Shown here: one piece after another, positions 16,067-28,269 of the stretch
Position numbering within the stretch: the stretch's first letter is position 1
Layout of the letters: each line of letters opens with the position of its first letter
Origin: Eledone cirrhosa
Lineage: Eukaryota
Length of the DNA stretch: 64,000 nucleotides
Direction: 5' to 3'
Assembly (NCBI GenBank): GCA_964016885.1
Contig: OZ024741.1
Span: forward strand, 227,602,001-227,666,000
Program-made: the position numbers and the translations under genes
The notes under the pieces: generated by a model
The model's database searches: none
Told to the model about the DNA's origin: nothing
What the model saw: only the letters and a program-made list of their open reading frames with translations

Positions 16067-16072
<6 letters not shown>

Positions 16073-16290
16073 GAGTTAAACAAGATTCAATGAGTTTTAG
16101 AAAGAATGAGTTTTACAGTAGATTGGAAGCACTCTACCTTGATTAAATCTTAACCATTTAACATCTCAGGTTATATCATGTATCATTATATTTTGTCTGA
16201 TGAGGACGTACTGTTGTACATCCGAAATATGTATAATAAAATGTAATTGATCAAAAGAACATCTATTTTATTAATATTTGTATTTTAATA
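16067..16290. mobile_element. Family H1 terminal repeat with internal inversion, flanked by (TA)n
   Basis: 16067-16137 is direct to 8214-8283; 16138-16290 is inverted relative to 8310-8465. Confidence 0.8.
16191..16241 (+). ncRNA. Type I minimal hammerhead ribozyme
   Basis: ttttgt-CTGATGA-ggacgtac(tgtt)gtacatcc-GAAA-tatgta-TA-ataaaa; stems I and II pair. Confidence 0.8.
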
Positions 16291-16342
16291 CATATATACA
16301 TGATATATATATATATATACATGATATATATATATATTATAT

Positions 16343-16538
16343 ATAGGAACCAGTAAGACCCCGACGGCTGAGCTCAAGCCGTTTCGACGGCTAATTCTAG
16401 AGTCCAGAATTAGCCGTCGAAACGGCTTGAGCTCAGCCGTCGGGGTCTTACTGGTTCCTATTACCCACTCTACTACCTCAAGTATTGAGTACTTTGGTGC
16501 GTTATGGTCCACCTGGTTCCTTACCACATTTCCTTCGT
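16343..16538 (+). mobile_element. Palindromic half-HHR element, family P copy A (56 bp arms plus ~77 bp tail) in (TA)n
   Basis: Perfect inverted repeat 16343-16398/16406-16461; homologous to 48304 and 48866 copies. Confidence 0.9.
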
Positions 16539-16591
<53 letters not shown>

Positions 16592-16608
16592 TATATATAT
16601 AAATACAC

Positions 16609-16644
<36 letters not shown>

Positions 16645-16646
<2 letters not shown>

Positions 16647-17170
16647 GAATGTAGATATGGTGTATTCGGTAATACACTGTATGCTTAATTAAAAGCATTT
16701 TGAAGACCTTACGCTATTGTTATAAAGTAGTGACTATGTCACTTACTTCTTTTTTCAACATTCAAAGGGAGCTCAGCTGACAGATCTCTGTTTCATACTG
16801 TTGGTATTCCTCAGAGCTTAGCACTCTTTTTGTTTGTTGAAAATTATGAATGTTGGATTCTTATAGAATTCCAGTAATAATGAGGAACTGATTATACAGA
16901 GCGGTTGCCGGTCCAGCAAAAATTGAAAACTAGAATTGGTGCTTTGAAATAGCGGTATATATGAAGGTATATATAGTGTATTTGGTAATACACTGTATGC
17001 TTAATTAAAAGCATTGCTCCTTTTGTTTGTTAAAAAAAGAAGTAAGTGACATAGTCACTACTTTAAAACAATAGCGTAAGGTCTTAAAAATGCTTTTAAT
17101 TAAGCATACAGTGTATTACCAAATACACCATATATACATTCATATATACATCGCTATTTCAGAGGACCAA

Positions 17171-17175
<5 letters not shown>
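16645..17175. mobile_element. pLTR-like repeat with direct and inverted partial copies, flanked by (TA)n
   Basis: 16645-16770 is inverted versus 17015-17145; 16950-17015 directly repeats 16645-16700; related to 1290-1400. Confidence 0.75.
16771..16822 (-). ncRNA. Type I hammerhead ribozyme, canonical core
   Basis: agct-CTGAGGA-atac(caaca)gtat-GAAA-cagagatctg-TC-agct; GUC triplet. Confidence 0.85.
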
Positions 17176-17248
<73 letters not shown>

Positions 17249-17444
17249 AACCATAGACTCAAAGAGAAGTTTTCGCACTACAAATCAAACCCTTAACCTC
17301 TTACTACCAACTGACAAAATACATATACTTAAACTTTATACCCTCTTGTATCTAAACCCTTTTAATTACCCACAAAACCAATGCATATATCCCTCGCTTC
17401 TCCCTCTTCTATTTCTTCGTTTTCTTCCTTCCTTCCCTCCCCTT

Positions 17445-17961
17445 CTTGGCTATCTTTTCTTTTCTTCTTTCTCACCCCCTTCTTTGCATTTATTTTTGTC
17501 ATTATTATATCTCCCTCCTCTCTCTCTCCCTCTCTATCCATCCCGGCCACTATGATCAATTTAATTCTCTTTATCTCACTACATTCCACGACATGAAGTC
17601 TGCTATCAAAACTGACCAGAGAATCCTTGCACCTCTACCCCTCCCTACATCTCAGTCTGTCACTCTACCTGCTACCTCTTCCCCCTTCTTCTCTCTCTAT
17701 ACTATTCCGTCTGTCCCCTCACCTTCTGATTCCTCTCTCTCTATACTAGTAAATACAATTCCAAATAAATGTTTTTCTCTATATATTAAGAATTATTTCA
17801 AGAGCAACTTACTATTTTGAAAATTTGGACTGTGAACAACAATTATAATTGAGTGGCTGCTATTTGCAGTATAGGAATATAAAGTTGCACTTACCAATGA
17901 AACGGTCGTAAATACCTGGATAAAATCCTTCTCTTAATGCTTACCTGTGTTTTCTCTTTTA

Positions 17962-18005
<44 letters not shown>

Positions 18006-19073
18006 GACGTAAAATAAGAAAATTATGAAAATTAACTTACTTACTAAAATGTCACTCCAACTAATTAGTTTCTGAAAGGGAATAAACATGGTTTCCAAAT
18101 GGAACAACTATGGAGAAATCCTTTCGTCATCAGGGAAGTCTATTCTCAGCTAAGTTCCCAGGCAATGCGTGGACACAGGGAACTTATACAAAAATAATTC
18201 AGTGGATGGAAAAAAGTAAAGCGTGGACTAAGTTCCAAGACATTGAAAAAATCACTGCCTACTTGGTCGGTGGCAAATTCAAAAGAATCAATCACGTGAC
18301 ATCGAGGTTAATCAGTGAGGAGTGGTGTGTTAATAATCCTCACTGATTAACCTCAATGTCACGTGATTGATTCTTTTGAATTTGTCACCGACCAAATAGG
18401 CAGTGATTTTTTCAATGTCTTGGAACTTAGTCCACGCTTTGCTTTTTTCCATCCACTGAATTATTTTTGTATAAGTTCCCTGTGTCCACGCATTGCCTGG
18501 GAACTTAGCTGAGAATAGACTTCCCTGATGACGAAAGGATTTCTCCATAGTTGTTCCATTCGGAAACCATGTTTATTCCCTTTCAGAAACTAATTAGTTG
18601 GAGTGAAATTTTAGTAAGTTAATTTTTATAATTTTCTTATTTTACGTCTTTCATATTATTGTTCTGCATCCCCTTGCATTGAACCACAAAGTTACTAAGA
18701 CAAAACCTATATATTTGCTAGCATAGGTATGCATCTGTATATATATGTTGGTAGATATACTAATTCTTTATATATATATATATATTAGAAAATACGAAAA
18801 GCAGTAGAAAATGATGATAGGATTTTCTCATAGAATAACAGCAAAACATTCTTTTAAATTAATTTATAGTACCGGTTTCAGCCGATAAACATTTCGACTT
18901 CTTCATACTAGAGGAAATATGATAAAAAGTTTATAATAAAATTAAGGTGTATATTAATTAGAAGGGGTTATTGAACATAGTTTACATATATATATAAAAC
19001 TAACATTTTCGTTTCTCCCTTCCTTGGTGGTTTGGTGGTAGTTGCAGTTAAATAGCTGTTACTGTCACTGTTA

Positions 19074-19110
<37 letters not shown>

Positions 19111-20161
19111 TTCTTCCTCTCACATACACACGTACACACACTCACGTACACCTACACACATACACAAACACCACCTTCAGCCTTCCCCGCTTCGACCCCC
19201 CGCCTCCCTCTCCCAACTCCACCCGCCACCACCCTTACACGCCTCACACCCTTACACGCCTCACACCACTTGTTCATCTTATAGTTTATTCTTATGTTTA
19301 TTTTTACGTTTATTTTTATTTTTATTTGTTCTCCTTCCCCCCTTTTCTCTAAATGTATTTCCATACACCCTCGGAACTCTCTTCCTAACCTATTTACTCC
19401 TGAAGAAGGGCTTATGTCTGAAACACCCCCCCCCCACACTCTCAAGAGCGTGAACTTAATAAACCTTTATTTGTTTGTCTCTCTGTTGTGTTCCCGTCTA
19501 AATTTGCACTATACAATACACGCTTACACGGCTTCCACACCACCTTGGATACCACCTTTACTACCGGCTCTCAACCCCGATTTAATCCGCCGTGACCACC
19601 CTCTGAACTTCCCCATACTCCCCCACAACATTTTCTTTGCTTGTTACTTTTTCCTATTTTTTCCTTTTTTCCTATTTGCATTATTTATTTATTTATTACT
19701 GTATTTTTTCTGCTTTTGAATTTTAGTTTATGTTTTTTCCATGATATCCTGTGTTCATCTCTGATTACGATTTTTTTGCTTTTGTTTTTTTTTGTCCCTG
19801 CTTTCCTGTGAATACTTTCCCCTCACGCTATTTTTTTTATTTTTTTTTTATGTTTGATTTTCCCTCCCCCGTTTCTATCTACCCCTTCTCCCTTACCTCC
19901 GTGCCCCCACCCCGCATCACCCCCTCCCGCTTTTACTCCTCGCCCACCATGCCCAGCCTGAGATATTTTCTCCACCAACTCCACACAGCCTCAAAATCCC
20001 CCCCTCCTCCCAAACTGCAATATCCCCTCGGCCATCCAACTCTTCTACCTTCTCTTCGCCAAAACCCGGCATTCCAACCACATGCATTTCCTCAGCCGCT
20101 GGCTCCACCTCCACCACACCCCCCTTGGCTTCCGACTAAACTACCACACCCTCTCCACCCA
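17445..20161. repeat. Right arm of inverted duplication; ends abruptly inside the Neptune ORF N-terminus
   Basis: Reverse complement of 10560-13622 with small indels. Confidence 0.9.
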
Positions 20162-20677
20162 GTAGCGTGAATAGGGTTATCGACAACTAGAAACAGCAGT
20201 CAAGTCCTTTCAACAGAGTTAGCTCTACAATTAAGGAGCCGTATTTATATATCTATATCTAAAATTAAGATAAATCAAATGAATTTAATCCAAATCAAAA
20301 TTATGGGTGTCATGCCAGAAAGACATGCGCCATATCACCTGCAAAATAAGCTCTAAGATTCTAACGAGTAGGTCAGAGCATTTTATAATTACTAGAAATT
20401 GATTAACATATAAATAAACATGAATAATCACAGGAGATAATTTTTACAAGTGTGCAACCACACATAGCTAGGTAGGTAACTAAATAAAGTTGACCAGAAC
20501 TTCAAAAATAGATACCTTATAATATGATTAATCTTCCCTGTATATATTCCATTAAAGAAATATATTTCACCAATTAATCAGATGGTAAACCACGGATGCC
20601 GATACTTTGATTTTCAACAAGGAAGAAGTTCCAGCGATCCGTGTTTACACTTCAAGTTCAAATCAGCGACTGGCCAC

Positions 20678-23600
20678 TGGTGTTTGTGGTGGTGGGGGTG
20701 GTGTTGATGGTTGTGGTGTCGTTGGTGGTGTTGGTGGTATAGGTGGTATAGGTGGTGGGGCTAGTGTTGGTGGTGTCGGTGTTGGCGGTGTTGGTGGTGG
20801 TGGTGTTGGTGGTGGTGGTGTTGGTGGTGATGTTTGTGGTGGTGCTGCTGGTTGTGGTGGTGGTGGTTGTTGTGGTGGTGGTGGTGTTGGTTGTGGTGTT
20901 GGTGGTGTTGGTGTATTTGTGGTATTGGTGGCGGTGGTGTCTGTGTGGGTGGTGTTGGTAGTGGTGGTGTTGGTTGTGGTAATGTTGGTGTTGCTGTTGG
21001 CGGTGGGGTATTTGGGGTGGTATTAGTGGTGGTATTGGTGGTGGGGGTGGTGTTGGAGGTTGTGTGGTGGTGGTGGTGGTGGTGTTAGTGGTGGTGTTGG
21101 TGTTGGAGTTATTGGTGGTGGTTGTGGTGTTGCTGCTGCTGGTGGTGGTGGTGGTGGTGGTATTGGTGGTAGTAGTGTTGCTGGTGGTGAAGTAGGTGGT
21201 GGCGGTGGTGGTGCTGGTGGTGTTGGTGGTGATGTTGGTGGGGATGGTGTTGGTGGTGGGGCTGTTGGTGGTGGTGGTAGTGGTGGTTGTGGTGGTGTTA
21301 GTGGTGGTGGTGTTAGTGGTGGTGAGGGTGGTGGTGGTGGTGGTATCGTTGGTGGTGCTGGTGTTGGTGGTGGTGTTGATGGGGGTGGTGGAGGTGGTAG
21401 TGTTGATGGTGGTGTTGGTGGTGGTGGTGTTGGTGTTGGTGTGGTGGTGCTTGTGATGGTGGTGGTGTTGATGGTGGGGTGGTGCTGTTGTTTGTGGCGA
21501 TGTTGGGCGTGCTGTTGTTAGTGGTGGTGTTGCTGGTGGTAGTATTAGTGGTGGTATTGGTGGTAGTGGTATTGGTGGTGGTTGTGGTGGTGCTGGAGGT
21601 TGTGGTGGGGGTGAGGATGCTCGTGGTGGTATTGGTGGTGGTGGTTGTTGTGGTGGTGATGTTGGTAGTGGTGGTGTTGGTGGTGGTGGTGGAATTGGTT
21701 GTGGTGGTGGTGTTGTTGTTGTTGGTGGTGGTGGAGGTGGTGTTGTTGTTGTTGGTGGTGGTGTTGTTGTTGTTGATGGTGGTGGTGGTGGTGTTGGTGG
21801 TGATGATGGTGGGGCTGTTGGTGGTGGTGTTGGGCGGTGTTTGTTTTGGTGCTGAAGTTGGTGGCGGTTGTGGTGGTGGTGGTGGTGGAGGTGGTGTTGG
21901 TGGTGGTTGTCTTGGTGGTAGTGTTGGTGGTGGTGGTGTTGGTGGTGGTATTTGGTGGTGGTGGTGGTGTTGGTGGTGGTGGTGGTGGTGTTGGTGTTGG
22001 TGGTGGTGGTGGTGTCGTTGTTGGTGTTTGTGGTGGTGGTACAGGTGGTGGTGCTGGTGGTGTTGGTGGTGGTGGTGTTGGTGGTGCTGTTGGTTGTGGT
22101 GGTGGTGGTGGTGGTGGTGTATTGGTGGTGTTGGAGGTGGTGGTGTTGGTGGTGGTGTTGTAGGTGGCAGTGTTGGCGATTGTGGTGTTGGTGTCATTGT
22201 AGGTGGTGAGGGTGTTGGTGGTGCTTGTGATGGTGGTGTTGTGGTGGTGGTGGTAATGGTGTTGGTGGTGTTGGGGGGGGGGGGGGGGCTTGGAGGTTGT
22301 GTGGTGGTGGTGGTGTTGGTGGTGGTGGTGTTAGTGGTGGTGTTGGTGTTGGAGGTATTGGTGGTGGTTGTGGTGTTGCTGGTGTTGTTGGTGGTAGTTG
22401 TGTTGGAGTTGGTGGTGATGGTGGTGTTGGTGGTGGTGGTGTTGGTGGTAGTGGTGGTGGTGCTGGTGGTGGTGGTATTGGTAGTGACTGTGGTGGTGGT
22501 GGTGTTGGTGGTAGTGGTGGTGGTGGTGTTGGTGTTGGTGTTGGTGGTTTTGTAGGTGGTGTTGGTGGTGATGGTGGTGGTGGGGTCGGTCGTGGTGTTG
22601 CTGGTGGTGGTGGTCGTGTTGTTGCTGGTGTTGGTGGTGGTGGTATTGGTGGTGGTTGTGGTGGTGTTGTTGTTGTTGTTGGTGATGGTGGTGTTGGTGG
22701 TGGTGGTGTTGGTGGTGGTGTTGGTGGTGGGGGTATTGGTGGTGGTTGTGGTGGTGGTGGTGGTGGTATTGGTGGTGGTTGTGGTGTTGGTGGTGGTGTT
22801 GGTAGTGGTGTTGCTAGTGGTGGTGGTGGTGTTGTTGCTTGTGTTGGTAGTGGTGGTATTGGTGGTGGTGTTGGTGTTGGTGGTGGTGGTGTTGGCGGTG
22901 GTGGTGTTGGTGGTGGTGATGGTGGTGTTGGTGGTGGTGGTATTGGTGGTGAGTGTGGTGGTGGTGGTTTTGGTGGTGGTTGACTTAGTTGTGGTTGTGG
23001 TATTGGAGGTGGTGATGGTGCTGGTGGTACTGCTGGTGGTGCTGGTGTTGGTGTTGGTGGTGGTGATGGTGGTGGTGTCGTTGGTGGTGTAGGTGGTGGT
23101 GGTAATGGTGGTAGCGCTGGTGTTGGTGGTGTCGGTGTTGGCGGTGTTGGTGGTGGTGGTGGTGGTGGTGGTGGTGGTGGTGGTGGTGTTGGTGGTGGTT
23201 GTTCTGGTGGGGGTGGTTTCGGTTGTGGTGGTGTATTGGTGGTGTTGGTGGTGGTTGTGGCGGTGGTGTTGGTGGTGGTGGTGGTATTGGAGGTTGTGGT
23301 GGTGGTGGTGGTGTTTGTATGGGTGGTGGAGGAGGTGTTGTTGGTGGTGATCGTGATGGTGTTCGTGTTGGTGTTGGTGGCTGGGGTAATGGTGATGGTG
23401 GTGGTGGTGGTGTTGGTTGTGGTGGTGGTTGGGGTGGTGATGTATTGGTGGTGTAGGTGGCGGTGGTGTTGGTTGTGGTATTGTGGGTGTTGCTGTTGGC
23501 AGTGGGGATATTTTATTGTGGTTGTGTAGGTGGTGGTATTAGTGGTGGTGTAGGTGGTAGTGTTATTGGTAGTGGTTGTGGTGGTGGTGGTTGTGCTGTT

Positions 23601-26092
23601 GTTGTTGGTGGTGGTGTTGGTGGTGGTGGTGTTGGTGGTGATGGTGGAGTTGGTGGTGTTTGTGTTGGTGATATTGTGCTGGTGGTTTATTGTGATGATG
23701 TTGGTAGTGGGGGTTTTGATGGCGGTGGTGGTGGTGTTGGTGGTTGTGGTGGTTGTGTTGGTACTGTGGTGTTAGTGCTGGTGTTGGTGGTGGTTTTCGT
23801 GCTGCTGGTGTTGGTGGTGCTGGTGGTGTTGTTTGTGGTGGTGGTTGTGGTGGTGTTGGTGGAGGTATTGGTGGTGGTGGTGTTGCTGGTGGTTGGGGTG
23901 GTGGTTGTGGTGGTGTTGGTGGTGGTATTGGTGGTGGTGGTGTTGCTGGTGGTTGGGGTGGTGGTGTTGGTGGTAGTGTTCGTGGTGGTGGTGTTTTTGG
24001 TGGTTGTGGTGGAGGTGATGTTTGTGGCGGTGGTTGTGGTGTTGGTGTTGATGCTGGTGGTGGTGGTGGTATTGGTGTTGTTGTTGTTGTTGGTGGTGGC
24101 GGTGGTGGTGGTCATGGTGTATTGGTGGGGTTGGTTGTGGCGGTGGTGTCGGTGTGGGTGGTGTTGGTAGTGGTGGTGGTGGTAGTGGTGGTGTTGGTTG
24201 TGGTAGTGTTGGTGTGGCTGTTGGCGGTGGGGGTATTTGTGATGGTTGTGGAGGTGGTGGTATTTGTGGTGGTATTGGTGCTAGTTTTGTTGGTGGTGGT
24301 GTTGGTGGTGGTGGTGTTGGTGGTGATGGTGGTGTTGGTGGTGTTGTTGTTGGTGGTATTAAGGGTGGTTGGGGTGCCGGTGTTGGTGGTGGTGGTGGTG
24401 GTGATGGTGGTGGAGTTTGTGGTAGTGGTGCTGCTGATTTTGTTGTTGGTGGTGGTGGTGTTGGTGGTGGTGGTGGTGGTGATCTTGTTGCTGCAGGTGT
24501 TGGTGGTGGTTGCTGGTGGTGGTGGTGTTGGTGATGGTGGTGTTGGTGGTGTTGGTATTGGTGGTGGTGCTGGTGGTGATGGTGTTTTTGGTGGTGGTTG
24601 TGTTGGTGGTGGTGGTGGTGGTGTTGTTTGTGTTGTTGTTGTTGTTGGTGGTGGTGTTGGTGTTTGCCGTGGTGGTGCAGGTGGTGGTGCTGGTGTTGTT
24701 CTTGGTTGTGTTGTGTTGGTGGTGGTTTGGTCGTGGTGGTGTTGTTGTTGGTGGTGTTGTTTTTGTTGGTGGTGATGGTGTTGGTGGTGGTGCTGGTGGT
24801 GTTGTTGATTATGTTGGTGGTGCTGGTGGTGGAGTTGGTGTTTTTGTTGTGTATGGTGGTGGTGGTGTTGCTCGTGGTGGTGGTGCTCGTCGTGGTGGTA
24901 GTGGTGTTGGTGGTGGTGGTGGTGGTGGTGGTGTTGGTGGTGCTGTTGGTTGTGGTGGTAGAATTGGTGGTGGTGTTGGTGTTGGTGGTGGTGGTGTTGG
25001 CGGTGCTGGTGTTGGTGGTGTTGAAGATGGTGTTGGTGGTGGTGGTGTTGGTGGTTATGGTGGTGGTGGTGTTGGTGGTTGTGTTGGTGTTGGTGGTTGT
25101 GGTGGTGTTGGTGGTTGTGTTGGTGTTGGTGGTTGTGATGGTGTTGGTGGTATTGGTGGTGGTTGTTGTGGTGGAAGTGGTGGTGGTGGTGCTTGTGGTG
25201 GTGGTGTTGGTGGTGGTGGTGGTGGTGGTGGTGTTGGTGCTGGTGGTATTGGTGCTGGTGTTGGTGGTGGTGGCGTTGGTAGTGATGTTGTTAGTGGTTT
25301 AGGTGTCGGATGTGTTGTTAGTGGTTGTTATTGTTGTTGTTGTTGTTGTGGTGGTGGTTGTGTTGGTGGTGGTGGTGTTGGTGGTGTGGTATTGGTGGTG
25401 TTGGTGGTGGTGGTGTTGGTGGTGTTGTTGTTGTGTGGTGGCGGTGTTGGTTTTGGTGGTGGTGGCGGTGGTGGTGGTTCTGGTGATGGTCGTGTTAGTG
25501 GTGGGGATGTTGGTGGTGGTGTTGGTGGTGGTGTTGGTGGTGGTGTTGGTGGTGGTGCTGGTGTTGTTGGTGGTGGTATTGGTGCTGGTTGTGGTGGTGT
25601 TGCTGTCGGTGGTGGTGGTGTTGTTGTATCTGGTGATGGTGGTACTGGTGGTCGTGGTGTTGTTGATGGTGGTGGTGGTGGTTTAGATTGTGGTGGTGTT
25701 GGTGGTGGCGGTGGTGGTTGTGGTGGTGGTTTCCTTGATGGTGGTCGCGATGGTTGTTGTGGTCGTGGTGTTGTTGGTGGTTGTGGTGGTGGTGGTGTTG
25801 GTGGTGGTGTTATTGCTGGTGGTTGTGGTGTTGGTGGTGGTGGTGTTCTTGATGGTGATGATAGTGATGGTGTTGGTGGTGCTGGTGTTGCTGGTGGTGG
25901 TGTTGGTGGTGGTTGTGTTGGTAGCGGTGGTGTTGGTGGTGGTTTTGTTGTTGCTGGTGTTTGTGGTGGTGGCGTTGTTGATGGTTTTGTTTGTGGTGGT
26001 GGTGTTGGTGGTGGCGTTGTTGTTGTTGTGTGATGGGGTTGGTGTTACTGGTGGTGGTGTTGGTGGTGGTGGTATTGTTGGTGGTTGTGGTG

Positions 26093-26124
<32 letters not shown>

Positions 26125-26590
26125 GTTGGTGGTGGTGGTGTTGGTGGTGATGTTGGTGGTGGGGGTATTGGTGGTGTTTGTATTGGTGGTGTTGGTGGCG
26201 GTGCTGGTGTTGTTGTTCGTGGTGGTGGTGTCGTTGCTGTAAGTGGTGGTGGTGTTGGTGATGTTGTTGTTGTTGTTAATGTTTGTGGTGGTGGTGTTGC
26301 TGGTGGTGGTGGTGGTGGTGTTGGTGGTTGTGGTGTTGGTGTTGGTGTTGGCGGTGGTGGTTGTGTGTTGTTGGGGGTGGTGGTGGTGGTGTTGGCAGCG
26401 TTGTTGTTGTTGGTGGTGGTGATTGTGTTTGTGGCGGTGGTGAACGTGGTGTGGTGACGGCGGAAATAGTAGTGATGGTGTTGGTGCCGGTTGTGGTGTT
26501 GGTGTTGGTGGAGTGTACCACTCGTGGGGTCGTTGTTTGGATTGATAGTGGCTAGTGTTGCTGCTACTGCTGCTGCTGCTGCTGCTGCAA
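20678..26590. repeat. ~5.9 kb degenerate (GGT)/(GTT) trinucleotide array
   Basis: Direct reading; source of the spurious poly-V/G/W ORFs. Confidence 0.97.
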
Positions 26591-26659
26591 GTGGTCGTGT
26601 ATATTAGCGCACATTGTTGTGGGGTTTTTTTCATCTTCATCTCATCTCTGATCACGTAA

Positions 26660-26810
26660 ACCTATAATCGAAGGCGTTCCAGGCATGACCATTCCGTCTT
26701 TCTACAATATCAAAGACAACATTATTCAATCTATTTCCTCTTTGAAGACGTTAGGTTGTGATTTGAAGGAATTTAGCCCCTATTTCTAGCAGTTCGAGCG
26801 CCTGCATGTA
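26660..26810 (-). mobile_element. Short interspersed repeat family C (also 27620-27805, 49910-50110, 50670-50850 on +)
   Basis: Shared ctagaaatagcaaccaaatc..ggaatg(c/t)ctttg..ggctaaacaac motifs; (AAC)-like tail. Confidence 0.55.
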
Positions 26811-26842
26811 AGTTCCTTTGTATGATCGATTTAATAATGGTT

Positions 26843-27058
26843 TCTTATATAGGCACAAGGCCAGCAATTTTATTGGGGAAGGGAAAGTCGATTAAATCAA
26901 CCCCAATGCATGACTAGTACTCTATTTTATCGACACCGTAAGGATGAAAGGCCAAGTTAAACTCGGCCGGATTTGAACTCAGATCATAAAGGACCGTAAC
27001 TCTATGCTACAGAGCATGGCGTCCGACCCTCCACCGATTCTGCCAATCTACCGCCCTT
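26843..27058 (-). mobile_element. SINE family A (long subfamily)
   Basis: Reverse complement of the 1925 consensus plus an extra gatttaatcgact segment. Confidence 0.85.
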
Positions 27059-27213
27059 ATGATTGATTTAATGATCATATCTTTTAGTATGTATCTCTTT
27101 CATTTATTTTCCTTCATCTAAGATATATTTCCTTATCTTCGGCTTATTCTAACGAGAAATTGCCTGGAATAGTGTGCGGTATTCAAAAGACTTCAAAAGC
27201 GCCATCGCTTCTA

Positions 27214-27450
27214 TCACCACCACCACCACCACCACCACCACCACCACTACTATTTCCGTCGTCACCGACGCCACCACCACAACCACCATCACCACCATCA
27301 CCACCACCACAACCACCATCACCCCCCCTCCATCACCCCCACCGGCACCACCATCACCACCACCACCACCACCACCACCATCACCACAAACCACCACCAC
27401 TACCCCCCCCAACAACAATAACAATAACAACCAGCAGCAGCAACAATTTT
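27214..27450. repeat. (ACC)n/(AAC)n tract
   Basis: Direct reading. Confidence 0.9.
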
Positions 27451-27805
27451 AACAATTATTAAAATAACAACAAAAATAATGTATACAGCTAAAACAGTAA
27501 CATCAATGATATCGATAATACCCTCCCCACACACACGCGCACAAAAAGGGGGAATAAATATAGCAATCCCAACAACAACAACATGATAAGCACCAACTCC
27601 AATGAGTATGCCTCTATATAGTTGCCCTTCATTCTAGAAATAGCAACCAAATCACCCATAAATCATGTTCTACCGTTTTTAAAAAGGAAATCTTTGTTGT
27701 TCTGAGTTCCCTGTGCGTAGAAAAATGACTGGATGATCACAGATGGAATGTCTTTGGTTATGGGTTTGTTCGATAAGGGCTGGCCTAGGATTAAACAACA
27801 ACAAA

Positions 27806-27857
<52 letters not shown>

Positions 27858-27870
27858 GTAGTAGTAGTAG

Positions 27871-27904
<34 letters not shown>

Positions 27905-27907
27905 ATT

Positions 27908-27949
<42 letters not shown>

Positions 27950-28000
27950 GTAGTAGTAGTAGTAGTGGTAGTAGTAGTAGTTGACGGTGGTGGTGGTGAT
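27806..28000. repeat. (CTA)n/(TAG)n/(CTG)n compound microsatellite with strand switches
   Basis: actactagtagt junctions at ~27857 and ~27948. Confidence 0.9.
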
Positions 28001-28132
28001 GCTGCTACAGGAAAAATGAACCCCTACGTGATCGTTGAACCTAGAAGTGAAATTTCACTCAAACTCCACCTAACGCTTTTAAAAATAAAAGACATTGGAC
28101 AATATGATCTTAGTTAAACTATTCATAAATAT

Positions 28133-28243
28133 AATTGTTTCTACTTTTGGCACAAACCCAGCAATTAATCAGTGCATTACTGGTACTTTATTTTAACGAC
28201 CCCGTAAGGAAAAGTTAACCTCGGCTGGATTTGAACTCAGATC
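28133..28243 (-). mobile_element. SINE family A, partial
   Basis: gttaacctcggctggatttgaactcag. Confidence 0.75.
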
Positions 28244-28269
28244 ATTAGGGCTGGATTTAGATCTTGGTT

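Noticed and set aside
18110-18548. Paired 72-78 aa ORFs MEKSFRHQG
   Set aside because: They are the two arms of a hairpin; one homologous arm (12323) has a stop; no recognisable domain.
20607-26655. Long Gly/Val/Thr/His-rich ORFs, also at 50963-52990 (possible structural or mucin-like proteins)
   Set aside because: Open in several frames on both strands because GGT-type triplets lack stops; frequent phase shifts; no signal peptide or exon context.
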